From: Toensbergia leucococca
Lineage: Eukaryota
Direction of reading: 5' to 3'
Assembly (NCBI GenBank): GCA_022813965.1
Contig: JALDZS010000123.1
Coordinates: 1 to 64,000, forward strand
DNA length: 64,000 bases
The notes below the pieces were generated by a model. That model ran no database searches, was not told the DNA's origin, and saw nothing but the letters and a program-made list of their open reading frames with translations. Each line of letters starts with the position of its first letter. The stretch's first letter is position 1. The position numbers and the translations under genes were made by a program. Shown piece after piece: positions 36,535 through 47,944 of the stretch.

Positions 36535-38412
36535 ATGGCTGCTCATCTTGTCCTGGTAGCCATCATCGCATTTTTCCTCGTTCCATCAATTGAAATCGAA
36601 ATACACGATGACTTCCAGAACAAATGTCTATCTTTTGCACCGGAGGTCTACATTCACAACAGTACACGTCAAATCCTTCAATATGTTGCCGCTGGTACCA
36701 ATCTCACTTTCCCTTACGACGACCCTACATGTGATAGGCCAAGTCAGCTGGTCTCGGCGGATTTATGTCGAGTTGCCCTCTCGATACCGACGTCTAATAG
36801 ATCAAGCATCACCTTCGAGTTATGGCTGCCTGACCAGTGGAGTGGCCGGTTCCTTGCTACCGGCAATGGAGGCATAGACGGATGTCCGTATGGTCTCAAT
36901 TTCGTCATCGTGGAGCTCGCCTTGGCTGAACCAAGATCAGCACTTACGAGCAATGTTAGGCATCAAATACGAGGACCTAGCCTACGCGACTGAGAATGCT
37001 TTTGCATCTGTGGGAGCTAATAATGGACACAATGGTACTACTGGGCTGGCTTTCGCAGGTAATCCTGAGATTGTTACCGATTTTGCTTGGAGGTCGTACG
37101 TCGTCCCAGATATTTTCTGTCCGTCTCATCCTCTCTGTAGAATAGGACACATCAGTACTATACTGACGGGATCTGATGCTCAAGTCTTCATACTAGTGTG
37201 CTTGCTGGTAAAATGCTAGCCCAACGTTTCTACAAAAAGGCTTACAGCAAGGCTTACTACCTAGGCTGTTCGCTCGGTGGTCGACAAGGCATCAAGACTG
37301 CAGAGATGTTTCCAACTGATTTTGATGGCATATTGGCCGGATCTCCGGCTCTTGACTTTAACAACCTGGTATCTTGGAGAGCAAGCTTTTTTCCAATCAC
37401 CGGTTCCGTCAATTCGTCCAACTTTATCCCGGCATCAACTTGGACGACTTTGATTCACAATGAGGTTTTGAATCAATGTGATGGTTTTGATGGAGTCATT
37501 GATGGAATTATTGAAGATCCTAGCCTGTGTGACTTCCGACCCGAAGCATTGCTGTGTGAGACCGACACGCTTGCGGATTGCCTGACGCCCAACCAGGTTG
37601 AAATAGTCAGAGAGATCTTCAGTCCTCTGTATGGGGAAGATGGTAAACTGATTTATCCTGCCATGCAACCGGGTAGCGAAATCTTGGCCGTCCAAAAGCT
37701 CTACGCTGGAGCGCCTTTCGCATATTCGCAGGTGACTACTATTTTAAATTTGCATTATTTTTCTGCTAATGTCAGACTCATTAGGATTGGTTCAGATATG
37801 TGGTCTACAATAATCCAGTATGGAACGCGTCCACCTTTACCATCCACGACGCTGCAGTGGCCAATGCACTGAATCCTTCAAATATCAAGACCTGGCCAGA
37901 TGACCTCTCCGCATTCCGTTACAGGGGCGGTAAGATCATCAGCTATCACGGAGGCCAAGATAACCAAGTAACGAGTTTTAATACCGAGAGATTCTACAAT
38001 TATCTTTCACGCGGCATGCAGGCTTCCTCTAGCGAGCTCGACGAATTCTTTCGCTTCTTCCGTATCTCAGGTATGTTTCACTGCAACACAGGCCCGGGGG
38101 CCTGGGTAGTTGGGCAAGAGGGCGGAGCTGCAGCTGCAGGGATCCCGTACGGGAGCGGCAATAATGTGTTAGCAGCCTTGGTGGAGTGGGTGGAGGGCGG
38201 GGTGGGGCCAGACACGATTGAAGGAACCAAGTTCGTAAACGATACCATTACACTTGGAATTGCATTCCAACGCCGACACTGCAGGTAATGCTATTGCGGT
38301 GCGGGGTAGAATGTTGAATTCATGTTAACAGACCCATAGATACCCGTCCCGAAATACATACATAGCTGGGATCTATTCGCTTCCGGGCAGCTGGCAATGT
38401 GTATATACTTGA
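36535..38412 (+). CDS. Tannase / feruloyl esterase family, secreted, multi-exon
   Basis: Signal peptide, FELWLP..GRFLATGNGG, GCSLGG nucleophile, YHGGQD, GMFHC; last exon YPSRNTY..SWQCVYT*. Confidence 0.92.
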
Positions 38413-38569
38413 GAGATGTTATACCAGGCTACTTTGAGCCTCACAGATTTAATGCAAGAAGAAAGTGAGAGATGCTTCCCTTTGGCTGGAAGTATCGAGG
38501 CTTCCGACCTGGCATGCACACATCCACATTCTACCTTTCCCATACACCGCTCGGAAGGAACATGAAACA

Positions 38570-39250
38570 TATCAAAGACCGTCTACGCACGGAGCAGGGA
38601 GAAAACCACAAAATTTTAATGTTTTCAAGAGCAAGGTAAGACTATAATCTCAACAGCCTTTTCTTCGATATTCTATACATGAGAAGAATATAATAGTTTA
38701 GTCCTTTTGTAGGACTTTCTACCTGGGTTCCAGATTGTATTGTTCCAAGGCCGAGTAGCACCAATTGGTGGCTATAATTACGATGATGGACTGGGCTTTC
38801 CTTCAGGAGTCATTCCACATTCTACAACCAATGACCTTGTTGCAGGTTACGAGCTCTCACATAAGTAGAGTCCGTTGCGTTCAAACAAAGCATCTTGAGT
38901 GCCGACAAATTAATAAAGGTCGACTTATAGGACAGGAAGCTTTTCGGCCCTGACTGATATTCGACTGAATTAATCGAGGCAATAAAGCAAACGAAGAAAA
39001 CTCCCACGATTACTTCAACTAGAAAAATGGACGGCGTAAAGCGATGACGCCTACAAGCTTTCTCTGGCAGGTTCTTCTTCGCCACGTTCAAGAGTCTGAC
39101 ATGATTCGGTCTACTTGGGACACAGCCAGGAGATATCATCTATTTTGAAAGGCTGTTCCGTACCAATGATGCTCTGGAGAACTATGGCTTATGAATTGCC
39201 TACCGCGGATTCCTGCGTACTCCTCTAAAGACTCAACAATTGTTTATTTC
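38570..39250 (+). pseudogene. Decayed relic resembling the C-terminal part of HET-6-like heterokaryon-incompatibility proteins
   Basis: GLSTWVPDC (38712-38738), GRFFFATFKS (39066 on), QPGDII and, after a frameshift, ILKGCSVPMMLWR (to 39180), with stops in between. Confidence 0.55.
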
Positions 39251-39940
39251 TTGGTTGCTTAGAAGTATAAGGGTTCCAAGGGATTGATTAGCACTTCAGC
39301 GCAATTGAAGAACCATGTAAGTTCCTTATTCCATCGAATCAATATTCGTTGTGGGTCGTTTTACTGTTGAGGGGGGTGCTCGCTTTCCAATCGATGTCCA
39401 TGAAATCCTGGAAGACGAAGTCATGAAAGAAGCTGATCAAGTGAAGGTCATAATTGAAGACATCAAAATGCAAAGAGGATTGTCATGATCTACAGCAATG
39501 ACAAAATGGGATCGTGGGTCGCATTAGCGTAGTGTTGATAGTAGTGAGATGGTACGGGTCTGCTAGCAAAAGGCACTTCAAGCGATAGGCAGCGATAGGC
39601 ATACCGACAGATTGGCTCATCATTCAGGTGGGTGGGGGAACACGCGGGTAGAGGAAGAGCCAGATCCACGCCAGCGCTGAAACTCACTAAGCCAGCTGCA
39701 TTTCCATTGATCCCGCATCAATGCTCTCGAGCATGCTCCATCCAATCCAAAGCAATTGGATAGCACGACATCTACTCCGTGTCTCCGAGCGTGTGCATGG
39801 CCGAAAGCACTGTGGATCCTCTTATGCCCTTGAGAGACATTTAATCATGTATCAAGATATCCGCTTGTTGTTTTAGCACCATAGGCGAATTCGCGCGGAT
39901 AAACCATCGAGCAAAGAACAAAGTACAAAGGTCCTCAATA

Positions 39941-41304
39941 TTGACTTCTGCATTGTGCCTTTTCCTTCTCTGTATCGGGACCGCTCAAATGGACTTGGTC
40001 GCTGTCGCCCCTACTCCGCCAGACTTTCATTTCTGCGACGCATATTATGGTGAAGGCGTCTTGCTCTCCGACTGCGAACTAGCTGCTGCTCAATTTCCTT
40101 CATCCCCGCGACAAGAGTTCTACATTTATGTTGGTTCCCCGGCTCTTTCACCCAATTATCCGTATACAATCCCCCAGAGCAAAACATTCGGTCAGTAACA
40201 TCAATGGACCTCCCAGTTCACCTCGCGCCAGGACTGATCACTCTGATAGGAAGCTGTAGAATAGTGCTTGGAGTCGCTGGTCCGAATTCCGAGAGTTATC
40301 ATTCCGCTGGCCTTGTACCAGATGATGTTCGAGGTATGGCAGCCTGGGTCCTCAGACAATGTGTCTATGATGCCGGTGGTATCGGGGGATTTGTTACCAA
40401 AGGTCTCAGCTCCTCTCTTGACTACATCATTGACCCAAGGACGGATTTCTCTCTACCGTACCGTAAGAAAATCCCTCGATGCACCGTTCTGCTCGAAATG
40501 TTTACTGACTCGGGCCTTGATTCGGAAGCTAGTCTAACGGACTTCATCACCGTTACAGTAGATAGCCCTGTGGAAGATATTGAGAATCCTGGAGATTACG
40601 ATCCTGCAGTGGGAGCAGTTCTTTTCAATGGCATTTATGCCCAGTACAGGAGAACGCCAAATTCGCACTATGCAGCGGCTGTCAGTCGTCTCGGCATCAG
40701 TTGGCTGTTGATGGAACGCGGAGGATACAACACTTGGTGGTACCCATATCACAACGGGGGAGCACCTCTGGATGAGATGACATATGAATGCGATAGCAAT
40801 CTCGGAAATCCCCGCAAGGCTGATTGTAGCCGTCTAGAATATTCTCAGCTTGGAAATCCATCCGATTCCATTACTGTTGGGCCAGGCGAGGTCAGCTTCT
40901 TTCACAGCAGCACGTGTAACATTGCCATTGCGGCAATGACGACTATCGTGGTAACTTGGGAGCAGATCACAACAGCTGTGAAAGAGCTCATCGAGATCTG
41001 TGTGAATAGTCCAGTATCATCGTCGATCGGCGGAAGAGCGTTTGCCGGGATTCAGTCTGCCCTCAGCATAGGCCGAGGACAGAAGATGAAGCGCGATGTT
41101 ACTTCGCTCAATGCTTTACCTCTGGCGGTCAACATCACTCTTTTTCAGCAGCTAGAGAATTTTCCAAACGCTACTGAAGAGCTCAGTACTTGTACCTGGC
41201 AGCATATTCTGGATGGCAGAGACGTGCGATCTTGTTCTAAAGCGCGGCATGATTTCCTCCCGCCAAGACCGGTAGCAAACCCAATTCCTACATTGCCGCC
41301 ATGA
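39941..41304 (+). CDS. Secreted Cys-patterned protein with two related domains (3 exons; start codon unclear)
   Basis: Hydrophobic leader; domain 1 C..DC..GSCRI..VLRQCV..GIGGF and domain 2 C..DC..TCNI..WEQI..LIEICV..IGGRA. Introns begin GTCAGT (about 40191) and GTAAGA (about 40463). Confidence 0.65.
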
Positions 41305-42367
41305 CTTTATACTTGATCTGGGGGAATAGCAGCGTCTAAATGAAAGATAGGTAAGGTATACAATGAGCGCTCCACGTGAGCTAGCGGCCGATGGGTGCCC
41401 TGCTCTTCGTGAAGCTGATGTCAGCAGTGATTGGTTATAGGGCCGAGTCACCACTCCATTCGTCAGTACCTATCAATTTTTCACTTTGGCAGACACAATG
41501 GAAGGGCTCTGGGCCTTGGACTCCACGCCAAAGCGTTTTGGGGAGTAGAAATTTGGGACGCATAGTACAAGAATGCTTTCGAACGATGGTACTAAGAAAG
41601 CCAAAGGAAAGCCCAACTAGGCACTTGAAATCCCTACACCAATATGGTCGTCTGATGGCAGATGGAGGCTTCGCGTTCTACTGGTCAGCTGTGGGCTTTG
41701 TGAACGATCTGAAGATCGGGTGCGATATAGAAAAGACATTGAGATCAAAGAAATCACCATCTAGCTGAGAATTGTCCATAATGAACTTGCAGCGTGTTTG
41801 CTTTCTCTGTTTGGACCCGGAACTCAAATCAATGGGACAGATATTTAGTCGTAGCGGTTACCCGGTTGTTTCTGCGTACTAGGTAGAGTGTAGGAAATAA
41901 GCATGCACATCATCGCTGTCAATTCAGAGGCAATTCAAATTGTTAAGCGTGACGTGCTATCTCATCCTGGGGGGGCGTTCGTGGAATGAGAGACTGGGGA
42001 AAGAAGGTGTTGGGAGGTTGGTGATGATCAAGGGTGTTTTGAGATGGTTGAGGTGAGTTGATATGTGCGTTGAGGGAGTGAGAGGTGTTAGTGATGTGGC
42101 TGTGGAAACAAGCCAATGAGCAAAGCAGAGGTTCTGGTCCTTGGGATGTGGGATGGATGGTGGTAAAGCGAAGTGAACAATACATTGTAGTAGTCACATG
42201 GCCCAACATAACAGTTTTCTGGGTATTCTATTCTAGGCTTATCTAGGCTAGCGTATTTGAATGGGTGAGCACTCTCGCACCTCAAGCTGCAAGCTTTAGG
42301 TACCCCGTATTCTATCCGTACCATTACCACACTCTCATCCTCTACAAAACATGAGCTCAACTAACCA

Positions 42368-43664
42368 ATGAAGCCCACCTTCCCTCATCTTTCTTCCCCC
42401 GCCATCAAGTCATGCAATCCTCTCCGCATTCTCTTCTGCTCCTCCGACCACTTCGGCCTCGACTCTCTACTCGCTCTATGCAGAGAGCACCGCCGAAACC
42501 CCCATGAAATCGCCTCCATCGACGTCGTCTGCCGCCCGCCCAAATGCTCTGGAAGAGGCTTGAAAGAGTTCAAGAAATGTACGTGCCCTGAAATTCCGTC
42601 CTCCTGGCATTCGCTATTGTACTTTCTAACCTCGCAAACGCAGCTGCACTCATTACCGCAGCTGAGAAGCTCGACCTTCCTCTTTATCAGATAGACACCT
42701 TTACTGGCTGGTCTGTACGTCTACCAGCCATTCCTCCTGAGCCCTGGCTAATGCCTTTCAGCCGCCTGAATCCATAAATTTGATCATAGCAGTGTCCTTT
42801 GGCCTCTTAGTCCCTCCTCGTCTGCTCCGAGCAGCCACTTATGGGGGTCTAAACGTTCATCCATCGCTCCTCCCGAAGTACCCATCCCTCCTTCCTTCTC
42901 GCCCTCCATCAATCTGCACGAGCTTACTGACGTTTTCCTTCTCGACCGACAGCTTCCCCGGACCCGCCCCCATCCACCACACTCTCCTATCCCCTCACCC
43001 CCATAACAAAACAACAGGCCTAACCCTCCAAACCCTCCACCCCACTAAATTCGACACCGGCACAATCCTAGCCCAACTCCCCCTCCCAATCTTAAGCCCA
43101 GAAACCTGTACACCTGCCATCCTATCTCAATACCTAGCCCCCCATGCCGCAGACCTCCTCGTCAAGGGTCTAAGCGCCCGCGTCTTCATCCCTCCTTACG
43201 ACCCTATAAATCTCATCGTCCCTAAAGACAGCCAAATCCGCCTGGCCCCGAAAATCACTACCGAAGACACCCACGTCGATTGGACCACCTGGACCTGCGA
43301 GGAGATTCTCCGCCGCTACCGCGTGCTCGGTCGCCTGTGGAATTTTGCTCAGTGTCACGACAAGGGAAAGTTAGTTCAAAGACGGGTATTTTGGGAAGAT
43401 GGCTTGGGCATTTATGAGTCGGGAGACAACAATGACGCGATGTTGGAGGAAGAGCGGGCGGTGGAAGAAGGAAGGAAGGTGGGCGTTCCGTATGCGCTGA
43501 GGGTTGGGGGATTGGTGATTCCGTGCAAGGATGGGACGATTGAGGTTATGAGGGCTAGGGCTGAGGGGAGGAGCCCTGGGGTTGCTGTGAATGTTGTTTT
43601 GAGGATGGGGGCGGCGAGAAGGGATAGTGAGGGGAGGATGAGGTTTTGGGAGGAGTTGGGGTAG
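42368..43664 (+). CDS. FMT1: Mitochondrial methionyl-tRNA formyltransferase, multi-exon
   Basis: LRILF..SDHF, PPK.SGRG, IIAVSFGLLVP, GLNVHPSLLP, GPAPIHHTLL, TLQTLHPTKFDTG, APKI. Confidence 0.88.
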
Positions 43665-43789
43665 AGAGAGTGTATTGTTTTTGTGTGAGGTGGGTTTGTT
43701 GGTGGGGGATCTGTGGGATTTGTTCTTTGTCACATGGTTGGGCATCTTCAGAGGCTCATTTCTTTGTTGTTGTATTTCCGAAAGTTGAC

Positions 43790-44300
43790 TCGGATATACA
43801 TGTCGATATAATGCATAGCCCCCTCCTCCTCCTTCCCCCCTCACCCCCCCACGGCATCTTCCTCTTTTTTTTCCTTCATTTTCTTTTCTTTTCCTATTTT
43901 CATATAGAGAATCAGGAACCGAAACGTTCAAGATTGAGAAGAAAAATGACCTTTTCAAAAGCTTTCAGCTGTGTCTTTTCTTCTCTGTACATATTTTACT
44001 CTTCTTTTTTTGGGGGGGGTCCATGTATTGAGGGAGTGGTTTGTTTTTCTTTTTGGTTTTTTTTTCTTTTCCCTTGTGGTTTGGTTTTTGATCAAATCCT
44101 CACCCTTTTTCTTTTGGAGTGTGGGGGGGGGGGGGGGTGTGAGGGGTTCTGAAACCCTCTCCCCCTTTTTTTTGTGTAAATGATAGATCAGATGATGGGA
44201 TGAGATGAGATGGGATGAGCTCTCTCGCATATCTCAGGCACCCCATTTGCTTTTCTTTTCATTTTTCATTTTTCTTTTGGAAAATCAGTGGGTACTCTAC
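43790..44300. other. CpG-poor homopolymer-rich tract between convergent FMT1 and ARG8
   Basis: C-runs then T/G-runs, including a long G run at about 44123-44137, and GATG[GA] repeats. Confidence 0.55.
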
Positions 44301-44485
44301 AGATATCATTGAATTTTGTTAATCAAAACATTTCCGGGTTGATCGGGGGTATATATATGCACTTTTGATTATAAACAACTCTAGATTTCCTTCATCATTT
44401 TCAAGACAAGACAGCGCAATCTGCCTGTGTGTGACAGGCCACCCCGACCCCCACACCAAACCCAGCCCAAGAATACCCAATGCGG

Positions 44486-46068
44486 TCATCGCCCCTTAGG
44501 CGCCATTTCCTGCTGCCCCTTCGTCCCTCTCACTTCCTCCTCACCCCTCAACACCACCTCCATCGCCTCCCCCAATATTGCCAACCCCTCTCCTATCTCC
44601 CCCTCACTAATCACGAGCGGTGGCACAAATCGCAAAGTATTGGTCCCACAGGTGATAATCAGCAAGCCCCTTTCTCGCGCCGCGGTGATAATGGGAGTGG
44701 GATCTCTGGAGAGCTGAAGACCGAGGATGAGGCCGCGGCCGCGGATTTCGCGGATTGTGTCCGGGAAGCGTTGTTGGAGTTTCTGAAAGCCACGGCGGAA
44801 GATTTTTTCTTTGGCGAGGACGCTTCGTTGGAGTTCGGGTTGCGAGAGACGCGAGAAGACGTAGTGGGCTAGGCGGCAGGCCAAGGGGTTGCCGCCAAAG
44901 GTAGTACCGTGGTCGCCGGTTACGACGCAGTCTGCTACCGCATCGGAAACGATTGTTGCGCCGATGGGAAAGCCGTTTCCGAGCGCTTTGGCTGTTGTGA
45001 TGATATCTGGTTGGGGAAGATCTTGGTGGGCCCAGAGTTGGCCGGTGCGGGAGAGGCCGCATTGGATTTCATCGTAGATGAGCACTGCGGCAACTTCGGT
45101 GCAGCGATCTCGAACGGCTTGCAGAAAATCAGGCGAAGCGACGTTGACGCCGCCTTCTCCTTGGATGGGCTCAACGATGACGCCGCAGGTTTGAGGGGTG
45201 ATTAAGTTGTGGAGGTCGGCGGTGGAGTTGTAGATTCCATATTTGAAGCCTGGGAGCATTGGGGCGAAGGGGGTTTGATATTTCGGGTTGGGGGTTGCGG
45301 AAAGGGATCCCATTGTTCGGCCGTGGAAGGAGTCGTGGAAGGAGACAATTTCGTGCTTTTGTGGGGAGTCAGGGTGGAGGACTTTGGAGACTTTGCGGGC
45401 GAATTTGAGGGCGGCTTCGTTGGCTTCACTACCGGAGTTGCAAATGAAGACTTTGCTGGCCTGGGAGGCAGGGTTGGAGGAGCGGGTTGCAGAGACAATT
45501 AATTTGGAGAGTGCGCCAGTCCAAGGGTTGTTGTAGAGGTTGGAGGTGTGGATTAGAGTGCGGGCCTAAGAGTTTGACTGGTCAGATTCGGAGATTGAAG
45601 GGGTTGGAGGGCAAGATGTACTTGTTGGGAGATTAATTTGCTCATTTCTGGGTCACTGTGTCCGAGGGCGTTAACGGCGATGCCGGCGGTGAAGTCGAGA
45701 TAGCGTCTGTTCTCCACATCCCATAGATAGCAGCCTTCGCCTTTGACCATCATAGGTGGTGCGCGAACGTATGTTGCCACCATGTATGGTGCGTGGTCTT
45801 TGACCATGGCGGCAGTGGTGGAGTCGGAGGGAGGATCAGGTGTAGGGAGTGAGGCTTCGGCCTAAGATCATGTCAGCATTCGAGAGTATGACTAGCATTG
45901 CAGTCCATCTCATACAATGATGTCTCGTGAAGAGTCTTCGTCAAAATTGGAAGCGGGCACAGCGATTGCAGAGGCATTGCGTCGGGGATTCCTGGATTCG
46001 AGGGAGGGGGTGTGGTATGTGCTCTTGATGGCAGCGGATGCACGCTTTGTGACTACACGCAACGCCAT
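44486..46068 (-). CDS. ARG8: Acetylornithine aminotransferase, mitochondrial, multi-exon
   Basis: DFTAGIAVNALGH, NSGSEANEAA, SFHGRTMG, EPIQGEGG, DEIQCGL, AKALGNGFP, HGTTFGGNPLA; presequence-like N-terminus MALRVVTK. Confidence 0.95.
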
Positions 46069-46324
46069 CGATGGGATGTTGTAAATTGTGCAGTGTCGAG
46101 AGAACGGAGAAAGAAAGAGAATCGCAATTGAAGGAGGATGGATATGTAAGGTCGAGGGGTTTCTACTCTTTTAGGTGGGGAAAAAGAGAAAAATTTTGAT
46201 TCGTTATCGATTGTGAAGCGAGGGATATTCTATTTATGCCAGTCACGCGGTGTATGAAATGGAATCCGATTTATGCAGGTGGAACCTCTAAGGGAAGCCA
46301 GTTGGACGGATACATTACCTGTAC

Positions 46325-46372
46325 GGCTGTATCAGAACGAAGGAGGCTGTATCAGAACTAAGGAAGCTGTAT
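46325..46372 (+). repeat. 20-bp tandem repeat (about 2.4 copies) in the ARG8-SDH8 divergent promoter
   Basis: ggctgtatcagaacgaagga ggctgtatcagaactaagga agctgtat. Confidence 0.8.
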
Positions 46373-46914
46373 ATTGTGTTCATTCAACGAAAAGAGGGAG
46401 ACTTGAAAATAGAGAAAAAGCAAGAGAAGAGATATTTTGGTGTTCCAGTGAAAAGAGTGACATACGTCATTCTGCCAACCGGTGAGGTGAGTTCAGGTCG
46501 AGGGGTTTGTATCTAGTCTATCTAGCCCTAGCCTCCTATTACTCATGCACCCTAATTCGATAATTTCACATCTATTTCATCTGCACAAGCTCAGTAAAGA
46601 GGGAATTGAGGTAGGGAGTGAAGAAGGGAGGTGAAGAGGGAACGAAGGCAGGGAAAAAGGGGGTTAAGTTCTGGAGCTTAAAAAGGCTAGGCGGCGCTAG
46701 TGGATCTGATAGAAGGTTCTACGGTAGCCCAATAGATCCGCCCTCCCATCTATTCTAGAATCTCGAATACCGTATTCTCCGCCAGGCCCTCTCGGCCTCC
46801 CCCACCGCTTTCATTTGCTCCTCTGACCAAATCTCAGTCTCAACATCAACAAGAATCTGACCAGAAACCCTATTGGCCGGCTCGACTAACAGTCGACAGT
46901 TGATAACCAAATCC

Positions 46915-47409
46915 ATGATGCAGCCGAGTTCTCGAACTATCACACGATCTCTGCCCAGCATTCGCCGCCTGTCCTCGACTTCCCGCCACCTCGCTCCCCC
47001 TCCTTATTCATCCGGGCCTGCACCTCCACGCCTACCTAAAGAAGACCAAGAGCTGTATGAGAGGCTGCAACGCTCTTCGACCGGTGCCTTCAGCAATCCA
47101 AAAACGACAGTTGTCGTCAATCAACCATCATCATCACCAACACAACAAAGGCCAACAATTAATCAATCGCCACATACCGAAGATACTGCTATATCTGAAA
47201 GAGATGTTGAAGTGACTGCTGTGAATGCGAGAGTTCAGGCCACAGGTGAAGGGGAGGAATTACATCCAGATGTGAGAAGAGGCGTGAAGCCCGAATTCGA
47301 GGGTGAGAGGAACCCTAAGACGGGAGAGATAGGAGGACCGAAGAATGACCCGCTAAGATGGGGTGGAGAAGTTGATTGGAGTTACAACGGCCGAGTAACG
47401 GATTTTTGA
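46915..47409 (+). CDS. SDH8: Succinate dehydrogenase assembly factor 4 (DUF1674)
   Basis: PAPPRLPKEDQE and EFEGERNPKTGEIGGPKNDPLRWG..DWSYNGRVTDF; mitochondrial presequence-like start. Confidence 0.9.
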   Translation: MMQPSSRTITRSLPSIRRLSSTSRHLAPPPYSSGPAPPRLPKEDQELYERLQRSSTGAFSNPKTTVVVNQPSSSPTQQRPTINQSPHTEDTAISERDVEVTAVNARVQATGEGEELHPDVRRGVKPEFEGERNPKTGEIGGPKNDPLRWGGEVDWSYNGRVTDF

Positions 47410-47944
47410 GCTAGAGGCTGTACGAATTTTCTCAACATGAAGTGAGGGTGCATTGCATGGCGCTGGGGTATGCAGTTGAGGTGCTGCTACGGGATTCTTG
47501 ACTTGGAAGTCATTCTAGTTACCACAATTACATAGAAAGTCATAGAAAAGTTCTGAACGACTCGAAAATTTGGAAGACTTAGGGCTCAAGTCATATTACA
47601 TCTACCTAGAGCGGACGAAACAGTCGAGGACGTTCTCTGAAACGGAGACACGACTCAAGAGCGATTGTTACTCCCACAATCTGACAATTAATTTGTACGT
47701 ACTCGAGACACGTAAGCATTGATCCGTGTAATAACAGGCACTTACATTGCGCCTTTGACTTGTAGCGTTGTACTGCAATGTGGAGTGGATGATGTGCATC
47801 ATGTCAGCCCTACGCCTTTGAGAAACACCACTCACAAATTTTTTTAAATTATCATTGCCACTTTCTTCTGTATTGTCCTTTTTGTATTGTCATTTGTAGA
47901 GCCTCCTGAACAACGGCCTCTATCCCTTTACTCCTTACAGCATC

